NCBI RefSeq assembly: GCF_963921235.1
Contig: NC_086097.1
Coordinates: 116,314,001-116,378,000 of the forward strand
Source: Mobula hypostoma
Lineage: Eukaryota
DNA: 64,000 bases
Direction of reading: 5' to 3'
Below the pieces are notes generated by a model, which worked only from the letters and a program-made list of their open reading frames with translations, searched no databases and was not told the origin of the DNA. Numbering within the stretch: position 1 is the first letter of the stretch; every line of letters begins with the position of its first letter. Below, piece by piece: positions 1 to 12,393 of this stretch. Position numbers and translations under genes: made by a program.

Positions 1-172
1 GCTGACAGGAAAGTGACACTAACTCTAATAACAGTGGTGTGCAGAAGAGCATTTCTGAAAGCACAACGTGCTTATCCTTGAAGTAAATGGGCTACAGCAG
101 GAGATGACCACAAACATACATTCAGTGGCCACTTTATTGGGTATACCGAGTGAAGTGACCACTGACTCTATG
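1..172 (+). mobile_element. Tc1/mariner remnant (transposase N-terminal fragment plus TIR-derived palindrome)
   Basis: Degenerate translation ADRK..T...NSGVQKSISEST..LK*MGYSSRR resembles the fish Tc1 HTH region. CAGTGGCCACTTTATT near 123 has an imperfect inverted copy near 153-168. Confidence 0.65.
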
Positions 173-689
173 CATTTCATGGAACTCACCAACTTGCAAA
201 ACAGTCTGCTGTGCTGAACTTACCGAAGTGGATTCAAACACAGTGCCTGGATGTCACTGCAACTAAAATGTCATTGTGGGTTAATTGGTGGCACTCCATC
301 TGCCAAATCAGAAAGTATTTAAACCACTCTCTAGTAGGTACTGCAGGTTAGGCTAATATTCTTAGTCTGACATTGAAGGTGTGCCACTTTGCCACATAGG
401 TAATCCTTCACTTGAAATTGCCCTACAAAACAGCAACAGCTGCACTTCAAAACTAATCCACTGAGTGTTAAGTGGTTTAAAATGTCCCATTCTCATAAGA
501 CTAGAGGGAGCTAATTGGTCCATCAGGTCAATGTCAGCTGTCAGAGCAACCCTTTTATTCGTATTTCCCTAATTTATCTTCTTGTAACCTATTCTCCCTC
601 ACATACCGATCTACCCAAATACAGTAAGGGTGATTTTCCATAACTAATTAACATGCAACCCCCCCCCCCCAAGCGGCATGCCTTTTAAA

Positions 690-1680
690 TTTCAAAGTCA
701 AAGTCAAGTGTATGCACAGCACATGCACACACACGTGCAATAAAAACCTTGCATGCAGCACCACAGGCACAAAGCAGATAAGCAGCATTTACAAGAACAA
801 ACACAAATTAAATTTAAATTATCCACAATTCTTACATGGCAGAACACAAGCTGAACAAAACAAAAACAATGTCCATTTCAGTGCAGTAGTCAAAGTTGTC
901 ATAGTTTTGCTGAACTGGAGCAATTAGGGTTTTGTTGGCTGTTTCATGAACCAGATGATTGAAGTAGCTGTTCTTGAACCTGATGGTGTGGAACGTCAGA
1001 CTTCTGTGCCTTCTGCCTGATGGTAGCAATCAGAAGCTGTCATGGCCTGGTTGGACGTTGCCTTCATGAGACGGGTACTACCAATGGTGGGAGGGGTGTG
1101 CCTGTGATGTATTGGGTAAAGTCTGTTACTCTCTGGAGCTTCTTACATTTCCGCACATTCAAATTGTTGTACCAGGCCATGATGCAATCAGTCAGGATGA
1201 ATTCAACGGTATATCTGTAGAAGTTTTCTGGTGTGTTCGGTGACAAGACAAACCTCTTTAACTTCCTAAGAAGGTAAGGATGCTGGCACATGGTGTTAGC
1301 TGTGTACTGGGCCCAGGATAGGTCATCTGATATGTAAAGACCCAGGAATTTTAAGTTACTAGCTCTCTCCACCTCTGATTGCTACCCCCCACCCAGTGTA
1401 GTCTGGTGCATACTAATCCTCCTGCCCTTCCTGAAGCCGAGAATCAGCTCTTTAGTTTTGCTGGTGTTGAGTGAGAAGATGTTGTTACAGCACCTGTCAA
1501 CCAAGTGACCGATCTCTAATAAGCTGACTCACCACCATCTGTGATTCATCCAACAACGTTACCACCTTCAGTGAATTTGTACATGTCATTGCAACTATGC
1601 TTAGCCACACAGTGATGGAAGACCCAGGTCAAATGGGTGACCTTGGTCCAAGTCTTCTATCAGACACCATGATCAATATC
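690..1680 (-). mobile_element. Rex1/Babar-type LINE, decayed 3' fragment
   Basis: ORFs 1064-1372 (KFLGLYISDDLSW..LRKLKRF..FYRYTVE) and 832-1029 (LPSGRRHRSL). The minus-strand 3' tail is (ACTTTG)n near 690-708. Confidence 0.85.
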
Positions 1681-3601
1681 CCCTCTATTATAACAAAAGC
1701 CTCTGCCCCTCAGGCACTAGAATACATCAACATGCATCTACTACAAATTACAATAAAGGCTGAGTAACCCAAATTTTGATCTTCTGATAATAAAAGGACA
1801 ATGCAGGAAGTTAAAAATCACTGCAGAGCAAACTTTTCCCCTGATACTATCAAATTATGGCAATGGAACAAATATAAATAGGTACTTGATGGTCAACTTG
1901 GATATAGTCAAAAGGGCCATTTCTGTGCTACATGACTATCACTGTAGTCTTTTCTAGACAAAGATACAAGGCAGTAATCTGGTCATGTGAGACGTCAATT
2001 AAGAAGCAAAGTTCTGATGGGACGTTTTGCAAATTTCATATTCCAAAATAATTTTAAAGAGTTGAATGCTTCATCACTGATGCTGGGTCCTCTGCCTTAA
2101 GGTTATTTGCTCCTGACCAAGCATGCTGTTTCCAGGAAATTACTTGGGATAGACAGCCATTTGATTTGGGCTGCTACCTATTCTTCCCCTGGCTAAAAAC
2201 CTCCCATCTCTGCCTGATTCAATGAAGTCTTGTGCTCGTATCATGGTTTATGTTATTGTTAACCTATCAGACAAGCTGTACTGAGCCCAGCACATACAGT
2301 TCTTAGGCACATGTAAAAAGAAATCTGTAAAGCAAATTACTTTCAAAAATAATGAAATGAGAAGATTATAAATATTAAAAAAATAAATGGCAGTAAACAA
2401 TAAAAACAAAATATATCAAATCAGTATTTGATGTGACCACCTTTGGCCTTCAAAACTGCATCAATTCTCTTCGGTACGCTATTGTGTAGTTTTATAAGAA
2501 GAACATTGACTGGTAGGTCATTCCAAGCATCTTGGAGAACATGCCACAGTTCTTCTACAAAATTTGGCTATCTCACTTGCTTCTCTCTCTCCAGGTATCC
2601 CAGACAGCCTCAATAATGTTGAGATCGGGGCTCTGTGGAGGCCATATCATCTGTTGCAGAACTCGTACTTCTTTGCACTGAAGATAGAACTTTATGACCT
2701 TGGCTGAGTGTTTGGGATCATCGTCCTGCTGCAGAATGTAGCTGGGACCTATCAGCTGCCATCCTGATGTATTGCATGATGAATGAAAATCTGTTTGTGC
2801 TTCTCAGCATTAAGGATTCAATTAATTCTGACCAGATGATGCAGCCCCAAACCTGCAGGGAACCTTCACTGTGTTTCATTGTTGACTGAAGACAATCATC
2901 CAGGTAGTGCTCTCCAGCTCTCAGATTGACAAGCTGCCTCCTGTCTGAGTCAAAAGTATTAAATTTTGACTCTTCAGTCTAGAGCACATACTTCCATTTT
3001 TCAGCATCGTAATACTCGTGTTTTTGTGCATAAGTGAGTCTCTTGCTTTGTTTCCACTTCCAAACACTTCAGAGGAATGGATTTTTGCCAGCAGCTCTTC
3101 CATGAAGACCACTTCTGACAAGACTTCTCCAGACTGTAGAGAGGTGCACTTGCATTCCAGTGGTTTCTAGGAGGGAAGAGAAGATGGCGGCGTGACGCAG
3201 CGCATGTGGCCACTCGGAATGATATCGTATTTGTGAAGTAGGATGCCGTGCACAATCCTGATTTGATGGGGACAGCCGTGAGAAGCACAGAGGAATATCT
3301 GGAGAAACTTCTGAAATGCCCGCTTCGCTGCCGCTGCTACTGTGTGATCGAGAATCTCCGGAGGGGAGGACCCGAAATCCTCAGCTTTGCCTATTGCCTG
3401 TTGTCCGGGCCGGGGTTGAAGCACTCGGCAGAGATGGTGCTCGGTGCTCGGTGTCAGAGGGCTGGTCGGAGGCTCAAAGTTTTCGGATGGACTCAAGAGT
3501 CAGCAGTGGTCGAGTGCTTCCAGGGTGCTGCATCGGCAAGTTTGCAGCACTGGAAGCTCATAGCTGGAAGAGAGTTTTTCTTCCTTCTACCATCTGCGTG
3601 A

Positions 3602-6600
3602 TATAACCATATAACCATGTAACAATTGCAGCACGGAAACAGGCCACCTCGGCCCTTCTAGTCCATGCCGAACTCCTACTCTCACCTAGTCCCACCGACC
3701 TGCACTCGGTCCATAACCCTCCATTCCCTTCCTGTCCATATATCTATCCAATTTAACTTCAAACGACAACACCGAACCTGCCCCAACCACTTCTGCAGGA
3801 AGCTTGTTCCACACAGCTACCACTCTCTGAGTAAAGAAGCTCCCCCTTATGTTACCCCTAAACTTTTGCCCTTTAACTCTCAACTCATGTCCTCTTGTTT
3901 GAATCTACCCCACTCTCAATGGAAAAAGCCGATCCACGTCAACTCTATCTATCCCCCTCATAATTTTAAATACCTCTATCGAGTCCCCTCTCAATCTTCT
4001 ACGCTCCAAAGAATAAAGACCTAACTTGTTCAACCTTCCTCTGTAACTTAGGAGATGAAACCCAGGTAGCATCTTAGTAAACCTCCTCTGTACTCTCTCA
4101 ATTTTATTGACTTCTTTCCTATAATTCGGTGACCAGAACAGTACACAATACACCAAATTTGGCCTTACCAATGCCTTATACAATTTCAACATTACATCCC
4201 AATTCCTATACTCAATGCTCAATCCTATATTCCTACTCAATGAAGTAGGTTTTCAAAGCTTGCAGAGAGATTTAGGCCAGTTAGGCTGAAAGATGGCAGA
4301 TGGAATTTAATGCTGATAAATGTGAGGTGCTACATTTTGGTAGGACTAATCAAAATAGGACATACATGGTAAATGGGAGGGCATTGAAGAATGCTGTAGA
4401 ACAGAGGCATCTAGGAATAATGGTGCATAGTTCCCTGAAAGTGGAATCTCATGTGCTTTCTTCACCACCCTATCCACATGAGATTCCACTTTCAGGGAAC
4501 TATGCACCATTATTCCTAGATGCCTCTGTTCTACAGCATTCTTCAATGCCCTCCCATTTACCATGTATGTCCTATTTTGATTAGTCCTACCAAAATGTAG
4601 CACCTCACATTTATCAGCATTAAATTCCATCTGCCATCTTTCAGCCTAACTGGCCTAAATCTCTCTGCAAGCTTTGAAAACCTACTTCATTATCCACAAC
4701 GCCACCTATCTTAGTATCATCTGCATAATTACTAATCCAATTTACCACCCCATCATCAAGATCATTAATATATATGACAAACAGCATTGGACCCAGTACA
4801 GATCCCTGAGGCACACCACTACACACCGTCTTCCAATCTGACACACAGTTATCCACCACTACTCTCTGGCGTCTCCCATCCAGCCACTGCTGAATCCATT
4901 TTACTACTTCAATATTAATACTTAACAATTGAACCTTCCTAACTAACCTTTCGTGTGGAACCTTGTCAAAGGCCTTACTGAAGTCCATATAGACACCATC
5001 CACCGCTTTACCCTCGTCAACTTTCCTAGTGACCTCATCAAAAAATTCAATAAGATTTGTCAAACATGACCTTCCACGCACAAATCTATATTGACTGTTC
5101 CTAATCAGACCCTGTCTATCCGGATAATTATATATATCATCTCTAAGAATACTTTCCATCAATTTACCCACAACTGACATCAAACTCACAGGTTGATAAT
5201 TGCTAGGTTTACTCTTAAAACCCTTTTTAAACAATGGAACCAAATGAGCAATACGCCAATCCTCCGGCACCATCCCCGTTTCTAATGACATTTGAAATAT
5301 TTCTGTCAGAGCCCCTACTACTTCCACACTACCTTCCCTCAAAGTCCTAGGGAATATCTTGTCTGGACCCGGAGACTTATCCACTTTTATATTCCTTGAA
5401 AGCACCAGTGCTTCCTCTTGTTTAATCGTCATACTTTCCATAACTACCCTTCCTATTTCCTTTACCTTACACAATTCAATATCTTTCTCCTTAGTGAATA
5501 CCGAAGAAAAGAAATCGTTCAAAATCTCCCCCATCTCTTTTGGCTCCGCACACAGCCATCTACTCTGATTTTGTAAGGGACCAATTTTATCCCTCACTAT
5601 CCTTTTGCTATTTATATAACTGTGGAAACCCTTTGGATTTATTTTCACCTTACTTGCTAAAGCTGCCTCATATCTTCTTTTAGCTTTTCTAATTTCTTTC
5701 TTAAGATTCATTTAACATTCTTTGTGTTCCTTGAGCACCTCATTAACTCCAAGCTGCCTATATTTATTGTAAATCCCTCTCTTTTTCCGAACCAAGTTTC
5801 CTATATCCCTGAAAACCATGGCTCTCTCAAAATTTTAACCTTTCCTTTCAATCTAACGGGAACATAAAGATCCTGTACCCACAAAATTTCACCTTTAAAT
5901 GACCTTCATTTCTCTATTACATCCTTCCCATAAAACAATTTGTCCCAATCCACTCCTTCTAAATCCTTTCATATCTCCTCAAAGTTAGCCTTTCTCCAAT
6001 CAAAAACCTCAACCCTGGGTCTAGTCCTATCCTTCTCCATAATTATATTGAAACTAATGGTATTGTGATCACTGGACCCGAAGTGCTCCCCAACACATAC
6101 CTCCGTCACCTGCCCTGTCTCATTCCCTAACAGGAGATCCAACACTGCTCCCTTTCTAGTTGGTACCTCTATGTATTGCTGCAAAAAACTATCTTGCACA
6201 CATTTGACAAACTCCAAACCATCCATCCCTTTTACAGAATGGGTTTCCCAGTCTATGTGTGGAAAATTAAAATCTCCCACAATCACAGCCTTGTGCTTAC
6301 AACAAATATCTGCTATCTCCTTACAAATTTGCTCCTCCCGTTCTCAGTCCCCATTAGGTGGTCTATAATACACCCCTATAAGCATCACTACACCTTTCCC
6401 ATTCCTCAATTCCACCCCAATAGCCTCCCTGGACAAGTCCACTAATCTATCCTGCCAGAGGACCACTGCTATATGTTCTCTGACAAGCAATGCAACACAT
6501 CCCCCTCTTGTCCCTCCTATTATATCACACCTGAAGCACCAAAATCCTGGAATATTTAGTTGCAACCACGTTTCATTAATAGCTACAACATCATATTTCC

Positions 6601-7712
6601 AGGTATCAATCCATGCTCTAAGCTCATCCACCTTTCTTACAATGCTCCTAGCATTAAAATAGATGCATTTAAGAAACTTTCCACCTCTTACTCTCTTTTT
6701 ATCCTTAATGGAGCAGACAACTTTGTTATCTTTTTCTTCCTTGTCCCCTACATCTTCGGTCTGAGTGCTCCTGATCTCTGCCCCTGCCTATCCTCACTCA
6801 CACACTGTCTACTAGCTTTCTCTATTTGTGAACTAACCTCCTCTCTCCTAGTCTCTTTAATTTGATTCCCACCCCCCAACCATTCTAGTTTAAAGTCACC
6901 TCAGTAGCCCTCGCAAATCTCCCCGCCAGGATATTGGTCCCCCTAGGATTCACGTATAACCTGTCCTTTTTGTACAGGTCACACCTGCGCCAAAAGAGGT
7001 CCCAATGATCCAAAAACTTGAATCCCTGCCCCCTGCTCCAATCCCTCAGCCACGCATTTATCCTCCACCTCATTGCATTCCTACTCTCACTGTCGCGTGG
7101 CACAGGCAGTAATCCCGAGATTACTAACTTTGCGGTCCTTTTTCTGAACTCCCTTCCTAACTCCCTATATTCTTCTTTCAGGACCTCTCCCCTTTTCCTA
7201 CCTTGTCATTGGTACCTATATCTACTATGACCTCTGGCTCCTCTCCCTCCCACTTCAGGATATCTTGGACGTGATCAGAAATATCCCGGACCCTGGCACC
7301 AGGGAGGCAAACTACCACCCGGGTCTCCGGACTGTATCCACAGAATCATCTAACTGACCCTCTGACTATCAAGTCCCCTATTACTACTGCCCTCCTCTTC
7401 CTTTCCCTACCCTTCTGAGCTACAGGGCTGGACTCTGTGCCGGAGGCACGGCCACTGTCACTTCTCCCAAGTAAGCTGTCCCCCCGCAACAGTACTCAAA
7501 CAGGAGTACCTATTGTCAAGGGGCACAGCCACCGGGGTACTCTCTATTACCTGACTCTTCCCCTTCCCCCTCCTAGCTGTGACCCACTTATCTGCCTCCC
7601 GTGGCCCTGGTATGACCACCTGCCTGTAACTCCTCTCCATCAACTCCTCACTCTCCCTGACCAGACGAAGGTCATCGAGCTGCAGCTCCAGTTCCCTAAT
7701 GCAGTCTCTTAG
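3602..7712 (-). mobile_element. CR1 LINE, 5'-truncated, frameshifted (ORF1 esterase + ORF2 EN/RT)
   Basis: ORF1 coiled coil LRDCIRELELQLDDL and SGNH-esterase-like NAWLRDWSRGQGFKFLDHW..NPRGTNILAGRF. Endonuclease motifs VAINETW, VGDFNFP and GSSDHN. RT motifs YMDFSKAFDKV, GVPQGSVLGP and YADDTK. Tail is (ATGGTTAT)n at 3602-3620. Confidence 0.95.
4239..4691. repeat. Perfect inverted repeat: 217-bp arms (4239-4455 and 4475-4691), 19-nt spacer
   Basis: The arms read as exact reverse complements. ORFs 4300-4584(+) and 4346-4630(-) share identical N- and C-terminal parts. Confidence 0.95.
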
Positions 7713-9510
7713 GATGATGGGACTTTTGAGAGACTTTGAGAATTTTTTTACCGTGCCCATGGTCTGTTCTTCTATCAAATTACGGTATTGCTTTGCACTG
7801 TTGTAACTATATGTTATAATTATGTGGTTTTTGTCAGTTTTTTTAGTCTTGGTTTGTCTTGTGTTTCTGTGATATCATTCTGGAGGAACAAATTGTATCA
7901 TTTCTTAATGCATGTATTACTAAATGACAATAAAAGAGGACTGCATGTCCTCATATTCTAATCTAATCTAATCTATGAATTCAGAGCTGGCTGCAGAGCT
8001 GGACTTCTTCTGATGTAGAAGGGACGCCTTTTGATGTATTTCCCATCTGCTGCACTCAGTTCCATTGCTGACCGCTGCATTTCAGGTCCTCATCCTTGCC
8101 TGTTTCTTTATGCATCTTCAGAAGAGCTTGAACAGCACATTTTGAAAGTCTTGTCAGATGCAAAATTTCTGCTTCAGAGAGACTGATACAGAATGATCAC
8201 CCTGTGCCTTGTTGCTATGCTCATTCTTGCTACTGTGTAAGAACTGATGATTTGAGGGTTAAACTGTTTCATCTGCCACACCCTCAACTTCTAGTTTGGT
8301 TGTACTTTACCCAGTTTGATTACTTTTACACCTATTTCTGTTTCAGTTTATCAGATTAGTTTATTCAACTCATTGTGTCATTGATCATTGGCCACCTGTT
8401 TGTTATCTTTGCTTAATCATGCACTAACTATAAAGTCAGCAGGTTTTATTTGAATATTGGTCTATTACTTAATATGTTCCTTTCTTTAACAAAATACAAA
8501 AATCTCTAACATTTAACTTTTTGGAAAATGAATGTTCGGAAATCTACAGTTTGCCCTTTTCTACTGACACACTAAAGCAGAAGACAAGAAATAAACATCT
8601 AAAACAAAATTTATATGAACAATCAAGGGTGTGAGGACTTTTGCACAGTGCTGTAGTTGCAATCACAAGGGAGGTGTGCTGGAGTCTTTACTTTCTCATA
8701 AGGTTAAGGAGGTTCAGTTTGACCCCAAATGCTAACAAACCTCTACAGATGTACTATTGAATGCATCCTGACTGTTTGCATTATGGTCTAATACAGCAAT
8801 TTGAATGCACAGTAACTAAGAAACTGTAGAGAGTAGTGGACTCAGTCCAATACAATACATCACAGGTACATCCTTCCTACGTGAGGTACTGTCTCAAGAA
8901 GGCACCACTTGTCATCAAGGATGCTGCCCGTGGAAGCCATGTCATCTTCTTGCAGCTATCAGCAGGCAGAAGGTATCGAAGCCTGAATTTCTGCATCACC
9001 AAGGCCAAAACTGGAATAGTAGTCAATGAAAAGACCGAACAAGGTGACCAGAAGGTTTACAGGAATGAAGTAGATCAGTTGGTTGAGGGGTGTTGTAGAA
9101 ACAACTTTGCACTCAGCTTCAGTAAGACCAAAGAACTGATTATGGACTTCAGAAAGTAAAACGAGGGAACACACACCAGTCCTTGTACAGGGATCAGACG
9201 TGGAAAGGGTGAGTGGTTTCAAGTTCCTGAGTGTCAATATCGCTGAAGATTTATCCTAGGCCCAACATATCAATGCAGTACTAAAGACGGTACAACAGTG
9301 ACAATATTTCATTAGGAGTTTGTGGAAGTTTGCAATGTCACCAAAGACACTCACAAATTTCTACAGATATACCATGGAGAGCATTCTAATTGGCTGAATC
9401 ACTGTTCCCTGTTGCGGGTGGGGGGGGTGGGGGTGCACTGCACAGGATCGAAATAAGCTGCAGAGAGTTGTAAAGGTAGTTAATTCCATCACCAGCACTA
9501 GCCTACATGG

Positions 9511-11105
9511 TATAGAAATATAGAAACATAGAAAACCTACTGCACAATACAGGCCTTTCGGCCCATAAAGCTGTGCCAAACATGTCCTTACCTTAGAACT
9601 ACCTAGGCTTACCCATAGCCTTCTATTTTTCTAAGCTCCATGTATCCATCCAGGAGTCTCTTAAAAGACCCTATCGTTTCCGCCTCCACCACTGCTGCCA
9701 GCAACCCATTCCACGCACTCACCACTCTCTGCGTAAAAAACTTACCCCTGACATCTCCTCTGTACCTACCTCCAAGCAACCCTGGGAAAAAGCCTCTGAC
9801 TATCAACAAGATCAATGCCTCTCATTATCTTGTACACTTCTATCAGCTCACCTCTCATTCTCCATCGCTCCAAGGAGAAAAAGCCAAGTTCACTCAGCCT
9901 ATTCTCATAAGGCATGCTCCCCAATCCAGGCAACATCCTTGTAAATCTCCTCTGCACTCTTTCTATGGTTTCCACATCCTTCCTGCAGTGAGGCGACCAG
10001 AATTGAGCACAGTACTCCAAGTGGGGTCTGACCAGGGTCCTACATAGCTGCAACATTACCTTTCGATTCTTAAACTCAGTCCCATGATTGATGAAGACCA
10101 ATGCACTGTTTGCCTTCTTAACCACAGAGTCACCAGCTTTGAGTCCCCTATGGACTCAGACCCCAAGATCCCTCTGATCCTCCACACTGCCAAGAGTCTT
10201 GCCATTAATGCTATATTCTGACATCATATTTGACCTACCAAAATGAGGGTCTCGGCCTGACTGTAACTCAACTGTACCTCTTCCTAGAGATGCTGCCTGG
10301 CCTGCTGCATTCACCAGCAACTTTTATGTGTGTCACCTCACACTTATCTGGGTTGAACTCCATCTGCCAGTTCTCAGAACAGTTTTGCATCCTATCAATG
10401 TCCCGCTGTAATCTCTGACAGCCCTCCACACTATCCACAACACCCCCAACCTTTGTGTTATCAGCAAATTTACTAACCCATCCCTCCACTTCCTCATTCA
10501 GGTCATTTATAAAAATCATAAAGAGTAGGGGTTCTAGAACAGATCCCTGAGGCACACCACTGGTCACCAGCCTCCATGGAGAATATGACGTGTCTACAAC
10601 CACTCTTTGCCTTCTGTGGGTAAGCCAGTTCTGGATCCACAAAGCAATGTCCTCTTGGATCCCATGCCTCCTCAGTTTCTCAAGAAGCCTTGCATGGGGT
10701 ACCTTAACAAATGCCTTGCTAAAATCCATATACACTACATCTATGGCTCTACCTTCATCAATGTGTTTAGTCACATCCTCAAAAATTCAATCAGGCTCGT
10801 AAGGCATGACCTGCCTTTGACAAAGCCATGCTGACTGTTCGTAATCATATTATGCCTCTCCAAATGTTCATAAATCCCGCCTCTCAGGATCTTCTCCATC
10901 AACTTACCAACCACTGAAGTAAGACTCACCGGTCTTTAATTTCCTGGGATATCCCTACCCCTTTTCTTGAATAAGGGAACAACATCTGCAACCCTCCAAT
11001 CCTCCGGAACACCTCCCATCCTCATTGACGATACAAAGACCATCGCCAGAGGCTCAGCAATCTTCTCCCTCGCTTCCCACAGTAGCCTGGCGTACATCCC
11101 GTCAG
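9511..11105 (-). mobile_element. CR1 LINE 3' fragment (RT to tail)
   Basis: ORFs 10268-10774 (YMDFSKAF, GVPQGSVL, FADNTK), 9766-10125 (VRPHLEYCAQFWSP) and 9609-9815. The tail reads TATAGAAATATAGAAACATAGAA on the + strand. Confidence 0.93.
10245..10333 (+). mobile_element. Short Penelope terminal fragment inserted into CR1
   Basis: GGGTCTCGGCCTGA..CTGTACCTCTTCCTAGAGATGCTGCCTGGCCTGCTGCATTCACCAGCAAC matches 30301-30375 and interrupts the CR1 codons CEV/VHFGRS. Confidence 0.8.
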
Positions 11106-12016
11106 GTCCTGGCATCCATCATTAAGGACCCCCATCACCCAGAACATGCCTTCTTCTCATTGCTACCATCAGGAAAGAGGTGCAGGAGCTTGAAGGCACA
11201 CACGCAGTGATTCAGGAATAGCTTCTTCCTCTTTGTCATCAGATTTCTGAATTAAAATTGAACCTATGAATGCTACCACACTACTTTATATTCTGTTTAG
11301 CATCACTTATTTATTTTAACCTTATAAACATACATATGGTATATACTTTTTGCTGTAATTTACTATTTTTATTATTATGTATTGCAATGAACTGCAGCCG
11401 CATATCAATAAAATTCACGACATATGCCCGATTCTGATTCTAACTGATAGATGTGTGATATGTGTCTCCTGTAGGAAGCTGGCTTAATAGCGAAAAGCAC
11501 CTGCTATTGTATAATAAGTGGGTGATATGTTCAATACACTGAATGGAAGGACTCATTTTCCCACTGTTGTTTATGGAGTGGGTATCGCTTTTTGATAGGA
11601 TTAAAGAAAATGTTATAATTTATACCTGAGATCCAACTTGTTTAAAGTCAGTTACAGTTCAAAGCCAAATATCATATGTGTCAAAGTTGAAGAGATAATT
11701 TCTTCGGTTTCCTCAAACAGAAATCTTGATGCACAAACAGAGATTCTGGTTTTCCATCATCACCAATATTATCAGTTAAGGTCTTGGATGGGGACACAGT
11801 GGCCCTGATATGATTTAATGACATCCTCATTTATGTAGAAAAGCTTTAAAAGCTGTTCTGTTATCAAGTCTCTGGTACTTTGTTAGACAGAGAAGGTTTC
11901 TTTCTGATGGTACCAATGTTGCTGCCTCTGCAGCCACAGAATATTCCTTCATCATCAAAATAGAATTGTAAATTCCTGTCTTTACTGCACAAATTTTCAT
12001 CCATTCTTTTTATATA

Positions 12017-12393
12017 CAGTCCTGTGCAAAAACTTTGGGCACTCTAGATTTTTTATCTGGTTTCACATGGTATGGCATCCACAGAGCCCTGATCTCAACA
12101 TCACCGAGGCTGAGTAGATTACCTGGAAAGACAGAAGCAAGTGAGACAGTCGAAGTCTGAAGAAGAATCACCAATCCATTTTCTTATAAAACTGCATGAC
12201 AGTGTAACTAAAAGAATTGATGCAGTTTTAACGGCAAAAGGTGGTCACAGTAAATATTGATTTGATTTTGCTTTTTACTGTTTACTGCTCTTTATAGTAC
12301 ATTTTTTTGATATTTAGCAACATTTCATTATTTTGAAAGCATCTTCACTTTACAGAATTTCTTATACGTGTCTAAGACTTTTGCACAGTTCTG
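12017..12393 (+). mobile_element. Internally deleted Tc1 derivative (MITE-like), same family as 2297-8653
   Basis: TA-CAGTCCTGTGCAAAA ... TTTTGCACAGTTCTG-TA. Retains the transposase end (PQSPDLNITEA ... RIDAVLTAKGGHSKY*). Confidence 0.9.

Larger units (their letters stand above)
3170..7975 (+). mobile_element. ~695-bp non-autonomous retroposon, copy 1 (pieces 3170-3601 and 7713-7975, interrupted by CR1)
   Basis: Colinear with the uninterrupted copy at 34342-35034 (-). Starts GGAGGGAAGAG-AAGATGGCGGC and ends AATAAA, GAGGAC-TGCAT-GTCCTC hairpin, (TCTAA)n. Confidence 0.85.
2297..8653 (-). mobile_element. Tc1 DNA transposon, defective, split by nested insertions at 3170-7975
   Basis: TA-flanked ends: TA-CAG..CTTAGGCAC at 2295 (TIR partly deleted) and GACTTTTGCACAGTGCTG-TA ending 8655. 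Minus-strand DDE motifs WKYVL*TEESKF (~2960-3000), ILQQDDDPKH (~2710-2740) and PPQSPDLNIIEAVWD (~2595-2640). The sequence is continuous across the insert (GGTTTCT / ATGAATTCAGAG). Confidence 0.9.
8720..11440 (+). mobile_element. Rex1/Babar LINE fragments (8720-9510, resuming 11106-11440 after a CR1 insertion)
   Basis: FSKTKELIMDFRK, FKFLSVNI, ASIIKDPHHPEHAFFSLLPSGKRCRSLKAHT; tail (ATTCTG)n. Confidence 0.85.

Noticed and set aside
1990..2270. Unique island with AG/GT on the minus strand as a further exon
   Set aside because: The frame I translated has stops and no recognisable similarity.
3248..3606. 117-aa and 96-aa ORFs also present at 34596-34954
   Set aside because: They are shared because both lie in copies of one GC-rich repeat. 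Overlapping sense and antisense frames are open too, and there is no recognisable domain.
4300..4630. Two near-identical 94-aa ORFs on opposite strands
   Set aside because: A by-product of the palindrome within CR1 ORF2.
4641..5711. 356-aa reverse transcriptase as a retron, DGR or group II intron
   Set aside because: It has CR1-type motifs with flanking AP endonuclease and esterase ORF1, so it is an ordinary frameshifted LINE.
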